A stretch of 64,000 nt of DNA from Balanoglossus misakiensis (taxonomy: Eukaryota; Animalia; Hemichordata): assembly GCA_040954595.2 (NCBI GenBank), contig CM082596.2, positions 8,879,124 to 8,943,123 of the forward strand. Reading direction: 5' to 3'. The translations under genes were made by a program, and so were the position numbers. The notes under the pieces were generated by a model. That model was not told the origin of the DNA and ran no database searches. It worked only from the letters and a program-made list of their open reading frames with translations. The stretch's first letter is position 1. Each line of letters begins with the position of its first letter. Below, one piece after another: positions 48,160-60,327 of the stretch.

Positions 48160-50220
48160 TTGGACGAAGCCACAGTTTGTTTGCATCTTCTCCTTCAAGT
48201 GGTCCATGGGCACATTCTGGATATATAGGGTCAGGATGATTGAAATGGATGTCTTGGATATGATCTATCAGGGAGCACCACTTTGCCACAGTCATTTCCC
48301 CTCTGTTGTCTGGAGTTGAAGCAGCTGACCAGTACATATGATTGATGATAGACTGTTTCCATGGTTTTATATCAGAACAGTCCTTCTGGCCAGCAAGCCT
48401 GTCAAGCTTTCGTCCTATTCCTGATAACGTTAAAAGATGAAATGATGATTAACATGATTCCATGAAACTCAATGACTATTTCAGTTTATGAAAATGTTGT
48501 CGATAAGGAATTGAACTTTCGTACGACGCGCCGCCAGGCAAAGCGACTGTACGTTTCTGCACACATATATTTGATATGAATATTCATGAGCGGCGTTAAT
48601 TTGCATGTAGAACATCTAGAAGCGCACAAAAATCGCGATAACGCCCAAAAATGCGTATTCTGTACCTGGTATGTACGCGTATAGAACTCATGTTGACACG
48701 ACGCTAATTTGATTGACAGACATATGAGGTTCGAATGTTCTCCGCTACTTACCAAAATCTGGTAAAACCACTTGAGGGCGTTTACAGAATCGGCAAGACT
48801 GTGTGATTAGCGTCGCGTCCACAGGACGTTCTATACGTAACGCAGACGCGCATTTCATTTTCAGTATCACACAGTCTTGGAGCAAGACTAGGTACAGGTC
48901 TGTGTGTGTTCCCGGCGTTATACAGTCTGGGTAGGAACACACACAGACCTAGTACCTGTACGCTGGGCGAGGTGATCGACCGTCACTCCACACAGTGCAT
49001 CCCTACTCCTACACCCTCGAAATTGTGTGCATATTTACAGTTAGAATGGGGATTACAACAATTTAGCGGAGACTAGCGATGTGAACTTCACTCTGTCGTG
49101 TCGTGTCGATTCCTGTTGACACATTATTACACACGCATTGGCGACCTGGTGAGTTGATTATTGAGTCAAATTGTCGCAAAAGGAACTCTGAAATGACACC
49201 TTAAATTATCTAGACATTATTTATAAATTTTGTGTAAATATGGTTATTAGATCATCTAGTAATGACCGGCAAATTAAGAACGCACAAGTCCGACACCCCT
49301 TAGCAACCGAACGCGTCCATAAAAAATGGCGCCTATGAAAACCGCGCGTTTTCAGCAGCAGTCCCGCGTCAACAAATGGAGGCGGTAAATATATCCCATA
49401 TACATGAATTTGGTCTGTTTTGTTATAAACCAACTTAATAAAATGTTCCAGTGCTTGTTTCTGTCATACTTACCCTAGCAACGAACAACTTCCGAGCAGC
49501 CGGCCTCGTGGTAATGTCTTCGTTCATGATGGGTGAAATAACACAAGGCGATGATGAAGTACTACTCGTACTTGCCTCCTGCTCCCAATCACGGCTACGT
49601 TTGGAAGCGGGCCGTGGCATTTGTGGGCAACACAAATCGATGTTGTTACGTGGTTTTATTGATGGTATTGCACCTGTAACCAAATTCAGCCTCCTCTTAT
49701 AGCCCGATTTCCACTGCGCGTATCCGACAAAGTCATCAGGCACTCGAAAGTGTGCACCACAAATGATGCTCGTCGGCCCGCCTTTTATCCAGTCACGCCT
49801 TGTCCTTTTTACAAACCTGTCCCATTTCAGTGCTACTGCTGGATCACTGGGATAACTATGCATGGATATATTATCATTTAAACTCGAGTTGCTACATCCA
49901 CCAACAACGCAGCGTTTCACCATTTTGAAAGCAGACGACGGACACACTTAGCAGACGATGGCGCTCACTGTACTGGCAATGCACAGTAAAATCCTGCTGT
50001 TCCACTAGTGACGTCATTTTCCCCATTAGGGACGCGCGAAATCCGAAACTTCACGATCAGCGGCATACCATAAAAGTCACCCCAAAAATACGTTTTTTTC
50101 TGTTTAAAAACACATTTTTTAAAGATTTTTTTTGCCCTTTTCCAGGAAACATAGTAAGCTTGGACATGAAATCGTTTATTCCTGTTTAAATTAATGTAAA
50201 ATTTTGACAGGACCTGGACT
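48160..50220 (-). mobile_element. Kolobok DNA transposon remnant: THAP exon 49923-49474 and H2CH exon 48420-48160
   Basis: Starts TTAA|AG; THAP C-C-P-W-C-HF-AIP; NHMYWSAAST..KW..DHIQDIH..ECAHG. Left boundary not resolved. Confidence 0.7.
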
Positions 50221-50224
50221 TTAA

Positions 50225-50669
50225 ACCCCGGTGCGGGGTATAAAAGACCCCCCAAATCAGTGGCGAATCTTAATGCTGTTTGACTGACAACTTAACACAC
50301 AACACCAACTATCTTGGCTCTATGAAAATCGGCCCAAACAGGTCCAAGAATAAAGAATTACACCACACAACGACAGTAGTTGGCTTTATAAACACACACA
50401 ACATAAAGTTATCGACGAAAAAGTACACGAGCTTTTGAAACAACAATGATTTTGGGAGAAATCTGGTTTCAGTGCTTTTCAGAAGCGTCCCTGGGAAACA
50501 ATAACCATGCCATTCAAACAGTTGTCAATCGCGTGGAAGTGTAAAGTGTTATATTATTTTCTGTGTACATGAGAGCAATTACACAGTCATTATGCACGAC
50601 GACCACTCCCAAATAAACAACTATACAAACACACGTTAATCCGAATCCCGGTACTTTCCGCACCGGGGT
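50225..50669. mobile_element. TTAA-specific MITE (445 bp)
   Basis: TIR ACCCCGGTGCGG with TTAA on both sides; second copy in opposite orientation at 53572-54009. Confidence 0.9.
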
Positions 50670-53600
50670 TTAAGCTCACCCACAAATTTCTTAAGAAATC
50701 TGAAGAATACATCAATGGTGTCTTTGTGAGTGCGAAAATGGAGAACGCACATTCGAAGTCGATATTCTCCATGGATTCTTGTTGAGGAGAGAAAGAAGGT
50801 ACCATCCACTCTAAATTTCTCCCTGATTGCTGTATTGAACTTTTCATTAGACTTGCCATCTCCTGTTTCATAGTAGAATGTAAAGATAGTCAAACGTGGT
50901 GGACGGTCGACAATGAATCCTGGTATTTCTGGAGAAGATGATAAAGAAAAACACTCATTTAAAAAAAACCTTCCAAGTAAAATATGTGATCACGTCGTAA
51001 CAGTATATTGATAAATCTGTACGGTTCCACTGATCAGAATTTTTTGACATTGAAAATAACTTATGTGTTTCCATTTCACAGATTCATGATTACCGCGTAC
51101 TTTGTAGATTAAAATACATAATTATCTGCTTGTTTGTTTCAATATTGACAATCAGAAATTTGCTCAAGATTAAGTCTATTATACTATTTCCTGGCCTAAC
51201 CTTTGATAGTCTTGTAAGCATATCGAGCAAGCTGAATCTTTTCTGTCAGAGATGCAGAGAACGCTCCCACTCCATAAAATTGCAATGGCAACCACACTCG
51301 CAGTCCCCTGCAAAAAAAAGTTTGTGAAAAGTTTCATACCATTAATGTGCTGGTATTTCTTCTCTTTTAATGTAATATCATTCTCACGAACAGAGCCATC
51401 TATTTGCACTCCAAGAAAAGAAAGCAATGCAGTATTTAAACTATTACTGTAAAGAGGTAGCCCGGAGACCAGGGTGTCGATCTAGAATACAACGCCCGGG
51501 GACAGTCGAGTAATGTCCCGCTGATCTGAAAGATAGTAGCCCTGGCAACGATCAGGGTCGCTTAGTTACGAATGGATAACGAGTGATCTATCAAATGTTG
51601 ACGGGCGCCAGTGGTTGGATGATATAATTAACAAAGCTTGGTTATGAATATTCATACACCTTCAAAACCACTCGCACATCCCGTTTTGAAAACATACTTG
51701 GTGACTCCACCTCTATTTCCTTATTTAGAATGCAATGATGTCATTTGGTTTACATTGAGTGACCAATTAGCTTACACACAAGATTTACCACCCGTGTCGT
51801 TCTACGAACAGAATTCTGTTCGTAAATAGAGACTGTCCCCGGGCGTTTCTTTTCCCCTACGCCCTGGTCTCTGGGCTAGTAAAGAGGTGGTTTAAGACGA
51901 TGCATAGGTACATTGTATATTTAAAAAGATAATCTTCTTACATGAGAGCTAGTGCATAATTAAGAATGTTAGGCTTAATTCTCGAGATATATGAATCAAA
52001 ACAATATATGTGACATATGCTCACTATACAAAACTAATTTATGTGTTCATATTTATATAATACCTGTTGGGTCTGGTTAATTCAAACGACACATGGATCG
52101 GAAATTCTTCATAACGTTTATTATGGTCTTGCAAATATGGCGGCTGTTCTGTCATAAGCGCATCTCGGAGTTTGAATCCCTCTCTTACAATGACAATGCC
52201 AGTTCCAAATGGAACATATAGACCTGTGCACATTTGAAAACAAAAAGTCACTCAAAAGTTTAGAAGAAAATTTCCTCCCATCACATATCAATAAATATAC
52301 GAACATTTTTTGGCATGAATAGCATTACGAATATGCCCCTAAATGGTATTGTCTATACTGCTGAGGTCGCTCAGAACTTTGGGAGGCAATTTTCAGGTCC
52401 CATAGTGCACCTTGCCCACATAACTTGATCTCTGTAGCATTTAAGGTATCTCAGAATCAGATTTGTCAGAAGTCCCCATAGCTTTTTGAGTTCCCAATGA
52501 GCAAAGAAAAAAAGGAAGAAAGAAGAAAAAAAACAAATGACTGTTCATGCCTGCTATGGTACACCCTTGTAATTATGCGGGAGTCAATTGATGTAAACCC
52601 CTACCCCCCCCCCCCCCCCCCACCTCGCGCCTCGGGCGATACGGGACAAATGTGGGAGATTCGACCGTTTTTGCCATGAAACTGTGCCCGAGGAGGTGGG
52701 GCAATTGCCTCATTTTGATCCCACTATTCCTTTCACAGAATTTATGAATGCCCCACCCATGGGGGTGGGGAAATGTGGGGAATTAACTTGTATTAGGTGA
52801 GGATTTTCAAGATTGTTTGCCCCTGGGATGTGGGGCATTTGACAGATTTCACAAGGCCAATTTCCAAATCCCACTAAATCCCGAAGTTGGGGTGGGGTGG
52901 GGTGGGGGTTTACATTGACTCCCGCATTATTTTGAAAATAAAAACAGACATTAGAATTAGTTAAAAATTCAACATACTTTTGTGGGGATCAACAATCATA
53001 GAGTCAGCTCTATTGACGCCTTTAAAATAGTCCTTCAGTTCTTCCACTAAAACAAAGAATCCACCATATGCAGCATCCACATGGAGCCACAGATTGTATT
53101 CCTCTGCCACATCAGCGATTTGGTGTACAGGATCCACTGAACCCACACTTGTAGTGCCAATGGTTGCTACCACCATCAGGGGCAACAGACCACCCTGTAT
53201 AAAATAGAATGTGTAGTGCTTTTATGACTACATGTTAATTGTACAAAGTGGCATTGCAAGAAAAGTTGTGAATTTTGCCAAATTTTACATTTTTACATAA
53301 ATCGGTAGGTCTAATACTGATCCACATTTGAAAAATGCGTCTTGGCGGAAATGGTGCATAATCACCCAAAAATAGCACTTTTCTTAAAGTGCCTATGACA
53401 TGCCCTATACAACCACACGTAAAATCACTCTTTGGGTCTTTAAGTTAACGTATGTTACTATCTGGCACTGTGTATTGCCCTCTGTGCTTAGATAACAGGC
53501 AAGTAAAAGTGGCGAGTGGGCGTGTACCCCTAACCCAACTCAGTCGATTTTTTTCGGCTTTTCGAAGTTAAACCCCGGTGTGGAAAGACCGGGGATTCGG

Positions 53601-56600
53601 ATTAACGTGTGTTTGTATAGTTGTTTATTTGGGAGTGGTCGTCGTTCATAATGACTGAGTAATTGCTCTCATGTACATAGAAAATAATTGAACACTTTAC
53701 ACCTCCACGCGATTGACAGCTGTTTGAATGGCGTGGTTATTATTTCCCAGGGACGCTTCTGAAAAGCACTGAAACCAGATTTCTCCCAAAATCATCGTTG
53801 TTTCAAAATCTTGTGTACTTTTTCGTCGATAACTTTATGTTGTGTGTGTTTATAAAGCCAACTACTGTCGTTGTGTGGTGTAATTCTTCATGCTTGGACC
53901 CGTTGGGCCGATTTTCATAGAGCCAATATCGTTGGTGTTGTCTGTTGTCAGTCAAACGGCATTAAGATTCGCCACTGATTTGGGGGGTCTTTTATAACTC
54001 CACCGGGGTTTTAAGCGGAAGACTTATCTTGATGTGGACAAATAGTCTTTCACACCTTTGTAAATCCTCTGCCTGTAATGTGAGGCAAGGGCTCTCTGAT
54101 CACAGGCATGAAAAAAGGTGGCAAATTCCGGCATTCGTGCACATTTTTCGGAACCGACACAATATGCAATGCATAGACAGGTACCCTAGGTGAGCTCTTG
54201 ATGGGGAAAAATGAAAACTTTTTAAAGCATGTCACAAACCCTTTAATGAGTCCACAGCTTAACAAATAGGTGTCAACAATGCAAATGGCCGTTTTTCTCA
54301 GTTTGCATTTTTGCTGCTTTTGACAACTTCAGAAGAATTTAGCTTCGGTCTGCGTTGGCCGAATTTGCTCAAATTTTAACAAGGGATTGTGTATGACCCA
54401 TCCAACAAATACAAACATTTTTTTAGTCGATAAAGTGTCCCTAGCGGGAATAAACTTTGATTCAATACAACTCATCATGAATTTGATCAAATTTTCTAAA
54501 AATCTAACTTTCAAACGCTGTTACTCCTCAATGGAAGCAGATAACGCAAAACCAAATTTTCATTTTTTTGCACGTGTACCCTAGTTTCGAATGACATATT
54601 AAGATGCATGATGCATGGTCAACTTTTTTACTTACCGGTAATTTCAATTGAATGACATAATATCAAAAAATGCTTTTTTTAACCATTACCGGGGATCTAT
54701 AATATATGCAACTCAAACAAAAGTTCAAAAACTCAGCTTCCAGAATACAAAATGTATGTATGGTTTAAAGGGGTTTAAACGATGTCTTTGATGAGAAATA
54801 GGCCTCTGAAAAAGTCTCGACGGTTTCATGCAATGCCAACTTAAAAGAAACTTCTCATCTCTGTGGACAAGTCCTGCTGGATTTTAATCTGGAAGCAAAT
54901 TTTCTTTCTTTTGTTGCGTAGCCCCAAACAATTTTTTTTTCAAAGTTTGCTGATGATCTTTTTTTTCAAAAATGTGTTACCCTTTACCTCTCTGTCTTTC
55001 TTTACCATGTCCCTTAAATTCTTAGGATCCATTCTGAAATCGTCATCCATTGTGACTTCTGTGATAATGGCCTCAAAGAGACCAGTGGTCTTCAAAGATC
55101 TGCGCACACATATATTTGTCATACTGGTCGTGTAAACAACAGCACTAGAAAGGAACAAACATTTCTTTATCAAAGGGTGGTCTTCTTTGATACTCTTCTT
55201 TGTCCGATTCCCCATTTAGCGAGTATTAATTTTCTTTTATTTTAATGTTCTTTTATTTCATTCACTGCATTGTTATCTTCAAAAAAATTTACGCTACTTT
55301 TTATTTTCACGCTATTTTGGCTCTCGCGTATTTCGCGAAAATTTATTGCTCGCGAAAATAAAGTGTTTATAGTATTTCATGTGTATTAATTGTGTTAAAT
55401 ACGCAATAGGTAATGATATAGGTAGCCATCATTTTCGTTGTTCGTTTGAGCCAAGTCTGCTCCTTATTATGCAAATACACGGATGAAAATTTTTTGACTA
55501 TAGTATAAAATTTGAGCATAATGAGGGGACCTTAATGCCTGTGAGAGATGGAATTAATATGTATCTTGGATGGCTGAAATATACAGAGATTGGTGATAGA
55601 TGCATACCGTTTGAAGTCTTCACCCTTCAACCCTTTACTGTGTCTTGCTGCGAGTATGGCCAGTATTGTCCCTGCAGAACCGCCTGAGGTCAATGTTCCA
55701 GCAAAACCTTCCGGGAAATTGAAGAGCTTTGCTGCCCAAGACACCACGATTTTTTCCATACGCGCAGACCCAGGACAAACATTGAAGCTGGCTGTGAGAG
55801 AAAGAATTTGATTGGCAGCAAACTATCTATCTATCCATCCATCCATCCATCCATCCATCCATCAATTTCATTCATTCATTCATTCATTCATTCATTCATT
55901 CATTCATTCATTCATTCATTCATTCATTCATTCATTCATTCATTCATTCATTCATTCATTCATCCCTCCCTCCCTCCCTCTCCCTCCCTCCCCCCTGCTC
56001 CATTCATAAGTGTCTGCACCTTGACCAATTGTCATTGTTGAGTGATGATGGCTTATTTAAATGTAATGCATACATATCCAAGAGATTCACGAAACCCATT
56101 GGAGGAGGCTAAATGACATACCTGGAAATCGATTCATAACTGCTGCAAGATAGTCTCCAAGGGCTGCCACATATGTGCTCCCACCTGAGATACTTCCCAG
56201 CTTGCCAGAGCAGTCTGAGATTCCTGAACTGAGTACATGGTCATCAATGATTGACAGAAGATTGTCTTGCATGAATAAACAAATAAAGTTTAAAGATATT
56301 AAGACTTAAAGGGACAAAGTCTCTCTCTCCCTACCCTTTTTACATTAATTATGTTTGATACAAGACACCATTTATGTTATTCTACATGTGGATATATATT
56401 GAATCAACGTTTGACCACACACACCTGCCATCCAGCTTGTAGACACGAGAGTGAAAAAACTCGCCAAAAGAATAATCAGTCTCTACCATTTATTCATTTT
56501 GGGCGAGTTTTTACTTTCATATCATACAAGTAGGATGGAAGTTGTGTGTGGTTGAACGTTCATTCACTACATATACACAGGTCCATTAACATAAATGGTG

Positions 56601-58120
56601 TCTTGTATCAAACATAATTAATGGAAAAGAGGCAGCAAGAGAGAGACTTTGTCCCTTTAATGGAGACTAGCTGCAAAGAAACAATGCTTTCATAATTATA
56701 CACAAAATGACCCTAATTTTCTAGAATTGCAGCTTAGTGTAACAATTAACTGAATTATTCAGAACACACTTTTTAATGTGAAATTAATTTACCATACCAT
56801 GGTTTTTTGGTAATCTTTCAGAATATTTGAACATTTGTCTGATGGTTTGGTCGAATTCTGTTGAGTACATGTACATACATGAAGTGATCAGGAAAAACAT
56901 TAAAAATAAAAATAAGACCAACTGCCGGTACAATACTTTGGAAAATTATTTTAATTATTTGCAATTTAAGGGGACTGCTTGGAATTTCCCCATATAGAGA
57001 CATATGTGTAATGCTATTTCGTGAGTGACCCTCAGCCTCTCTTTAATTTTATTAATACCCAATATTTTATTCTTACTTTATGGACAAACCAGGATATTCT
57101 GAGAATTTTATTTCTTTTTTTAAATTGGTAGGATATTTTTGAGGTTGTCTTTTACTTTTAATACCCGTAGAATAATTTTATTGCCAGTCGCCATTTGCTC
57201 ACTTTTTAAATTTGGGCAGAAATTTTTTCCAGTCTTGTTTCTAATTATATGTAGAGGACATTGTTTTTGTTTCTTTTTTGAGTTATTTTATTGTTTTTTT
57301 TTTCGCGGGTTATAATTTGAGGGAAGTGACATCGTTCTATTTCTTGTAATGAAGCTACTCACTGAAACAGTGCACAAATATACTACATGTATATCCATCA
57401 ACAATTCATCTTAATGTTCACAAACTCTAGAAAAAAGATCAAATAAAATTCAAACGACTTGGCTTTCTTGATTTCTCTATGAAGATAGCTGAAGCCATTT
57501 TTTGTGTTTTACTGTTTTCGGATCATAATTTTTTTATTTTTTTTGGGGGGGGGGTCACCATTCTTTTTTCTGTATTAAACCAATTGCTACTTGTTAATTA
57601 TTTTGAAACAGACATGTCATATCACTGATCATCAAATGCATCTTGATACTCACAAAAGTGTGAATAAAACTCAAACTATGACACAATTATATACCACTGT
57701 AAAAATATTGCCAGGTTGCCACAGACCGTGTGTATTTGTAAACATATGAATTTTGTGTCTCTATGGTACTTTGTGTTATGAAAATCTTGCAACCAAATAA
57801 TGTGCTGAAAATTCATGATGTATATATTTTTTTGGCACCCAGCCTTTGCCAACAATCTTCCAGAACCCCTCCCCCCAAGGATATTAAATGACCCACCTCT
57901 TACCTATATCTTTGGGAGCCTCTTCAATAGCACAATCCAACAGTCCAGCAGTTTTGTCCTCCTTGATGTTGATGGCTGGGATTTGCCCACTTGCTAATTT
58001 CTGTAGATAATTTTCAGCAAAATTGACGACTTGGTCGGTTAGAATTCGACGTTCTTGGCGTGTGTGAGGCCTTTCCAATGGTTGATGGGTGCTGACACTT
58101 GCTGCATGATCAGACTCCAT
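50636..58120 (-). CDS. Group II PLP-dependent aromatic amino acid decarboxylase / aldehyde synthase-like protein, 8 exons, 492 aa
   Basis: Exons 58120-57904, 56265-56122, 55791-55608, 55144-54988, 53194-52978, 52223-52064, 51307-51201 and 50928-50636. All GT-AG and phase-consistent, totalling 1479 nt. Motifs TSGGS, ATIGTT..G.VD, WLHVDAAYGG, DPHK, ELTRPNRGLRVWL. Confidence 0.9.
51458..51878. mobile_element. Academ(H)-like MITE in intron 6
   Basis: TIR TAGCCCGGAGACCAGGG / CCCTGGTCTCTGGGCTA; 9-bp TSD GTAAAGAGG. Confidence 0.8.
52574..52928. mobile_element. MITE in intron 5
   Basis: TIR ATGCGGGAGTCAAT..GTAAACCCC / GGGGTTTACATTGACTCCCGCAT. Confidence 0.7.
53247..54841. mobile_element. Kolobok-like non-autonomous element filling most of intron 4
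   Basis: Imperfect TIR AGTGGCATTGCA / TGCAATGCCAACT; TTAA at the right end only. Confidence 0.45.
53572..54009. mobile_element. Second copy of the TTAA MITE
   Basis: Reverse complement of 50225-50669; TTAA|ACCCCGGTG. Confidence 0.88.
55824..55995. repeat. Compound microsatellite (TATC)(CATC)(CATT)n(CCCT)
   Basis: Visible directly in intron 2. Confidence 0.95.
56310..56656. mobile_element. Kolobok-type foldback MITE in intron 1
   Basis: TTAA|AGGGACAAAGTCTCTCTC ... GAGAGACTTTGTCCCT|TTAA; palindromic along most of its length. Confidence 0.85.
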
Positions 58121-58657
58121 GGCTACACTGATAGAGGCACTGTCCCTGTATATGGTATATGTGATACACGTAACTGCATGTGTATGTATTTTTATCACAC
58201 CTCACGTATTCTGTCGTATTCGTGATTGGCTGAGGCGCTCACGTGACATACATGTAGAGAAAAAAGTGATATATATATAAAATGGCAAGAGTTGATAAAG
58301 CCCTATATTGATATTGCCCTCTGGGTTGTTTTGGTGTTCTGCGCACGACTTCTGTGCGTAACAAACTGTCGTTCAATGGCTTCCTACACGATCAGTCAAC
58401 TCCCGCATCTATGGCTTCAAAGCGACACACAGGCTTAACACCTGTTCAACTGGATGATATTTTACTGCAAACGGGCAGTAAATACAACAAAATCGCAACC
58501 AACAGCGCAGTATCCTCATAATTATCTGTGTTCGAAATAGGTATAGTTCTTGGAAGATCAAGACATTTTACATTCTCAGCAACGTACGGCATGGACGCAA
58601 TCCTCCCTTCTTCTATTCTACAGTATATATACGTTCAAATGTTCAGTGTAATAAAAT

Positions 58658-58839
58658 TAATAACATGATGCTCGGGCAATATCACGATTTGAAGCCTGCC
58701 CTTGGGCTGGTGATCTCTGACCATAATATTGATGATGCCCTCGCCTGCGGCTCGGGCATCATCAATATTATGATCAGAGAGCACCATCCCTTGTACAGGC
58801 GTCAAATCGTGATATTGCCCTCGCTAACATGTGTTATTA
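58658..58839. repeat. ~180-nt palindrome (Crypton-like hairpin) upstream of the decarboxylase
   Basis: GGGCAATATCACGATTTGA...TCAAATCGTGATATTGCCC and ATAATATTGATGATGCCC...GGGCATCATCAATATTAT; absent from the duplicate. Confidence 0.75.
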
Positions 58840-59399
58840 TTTCAATATACAGAGGTCTTGTGACAAGTAGGACAGACTGGTTTTTAACAGTAACTGTTAA
58901 AACTTTCCATGTGAATTTGACACTGATCATCAACCCATTCACTCACTGTCGAAACCCACTTACATGAAATGTCACTGTTATGATCATCATGAAAATTGCT
59001 GGAGAGGAAACTGATAGTAGTGTACCCCATTCAAGACGACATTGCTTAGCTATAGTCTGTTTTAGTTAGTGATGAATTTATATGTAAAACTGGGATGAAA
59101 AAGAAAATATTCTGGTAATTTTTTTTCCACTGACTTGGCATACGGCCGTGATACACCTTTATTCTTCTTTCACAAACCAGTAGACCTATGGTGCTTATGA
59201 TATTATATTCTGATCATTTTCGCTTAAGTCATGAAAGAGTTGTCTTTCAATTTTTGTGTTTTTATAACTGTTTTTAATTTTGTCAATGGTATATCAACAT
59301 TTTATACACCTGTGATACTGGGAGTGGGTGCACTGTCAGTCACTTCCAACTGTAGCAATGAATTCCCTTATCAGTTCCCTTCCCCATTCTATTAAATTT

Positions 59400-60045
59400 A
59401 GCTCCAAAATGTCACAATACTAAGAATTAAACGTATGCATTTGAAAACTTGTTGCAAAACAATATCTTTTCCCAGGCATGTGTGAGACTTTATACCAGCA
59501 TTTCTGACCCCCATGGTTCGTTCAGAACATACTGGTACAAATGCATGGTGCATCGAGTTTTAGCTTAAAGCAAAAACTGACATATCTGTTTAATATAAAG
59601 TAACTGAAGTAATCCATCTGATCTTTTCACAGAATCCTTGATAAGTCTCCTATGAAGTGTGCTACTTTTAAAAAGTCTCCTTTCAGGGAAAAAGCAACAA
59701 ACTGAACACTGCTTAAAGCAGTATATGCAGGTACAAATAATTGAATCATATTTTTCTCCACGAAAGTGTTTAATGAATGGCATATAATGTTTACCTGAGC
59801 ATATATGGTGTAAATGTTGTAGGCAGCTGCTAATTCCTGCACAGAACTCGATGCATTTAAATACCTGTTACAGATTTAACGCGATGTGCAAGCAGTTTGT
59901 TCAGTCCTCCTGAGCCACATCCAACATCAAAGAGATTGTCGTCTGCATTCAACATGATCATACTCTCAATATCTTCCATATGCACAATTGAATCTTCAGC
60001 TCTGATTTGGGCATATTTCGCCAATGCGCTATCGTCCTGATTCAT
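59400..60045 (-). pseudogene. Class I SAM-dependent methyltransferase, frameshifted
   Basis: LFDVGCGSG motif I followed by VKSVTG. Stop/frameshift at ~59858; continuations (..ASSSVQELA.., ..GEKYDSII..) lie in other frames. 3' limit approximate. Confidence 0.65.
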
Positions 60046-60327
60046 GATTTCGGTATTGCTTGGTATTTACTCACTGATGTCTTTTCAATGACCTGAAGTG
60101 AATCACGCAGTTATTGTTTGGTGTAATCTTCTGAAAGTTCATGGTCGCTCTTCTGTGCACATATGGGCACCTTTGGCCAAAAAGTGTCTCCTTATGAGAT
60201 GACCACACCGAAAATTGTCTTAACTACCAAGGATGTGTTATGATGCAACGTATTATAATTTATCAAACAGCTAGATAGTCTATAAGAATATTTGAAACAT
60301 ATGTTTCATCAAATTTGTCCTCTTTTA

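Noticed and set aside
49435-49947. Host THAP transcription factor gene
   Set aside because: It lies just inside a TTAA|AG terminus with a downstream H2CH exon, which fits a Kolobok transposase better.
59836-59866. Micro-intron rescuing the methyltransferase frame
   Set aside because: The GT-AG span is only ~30 nt, would remove motif II residues, and further frameshifts follow.
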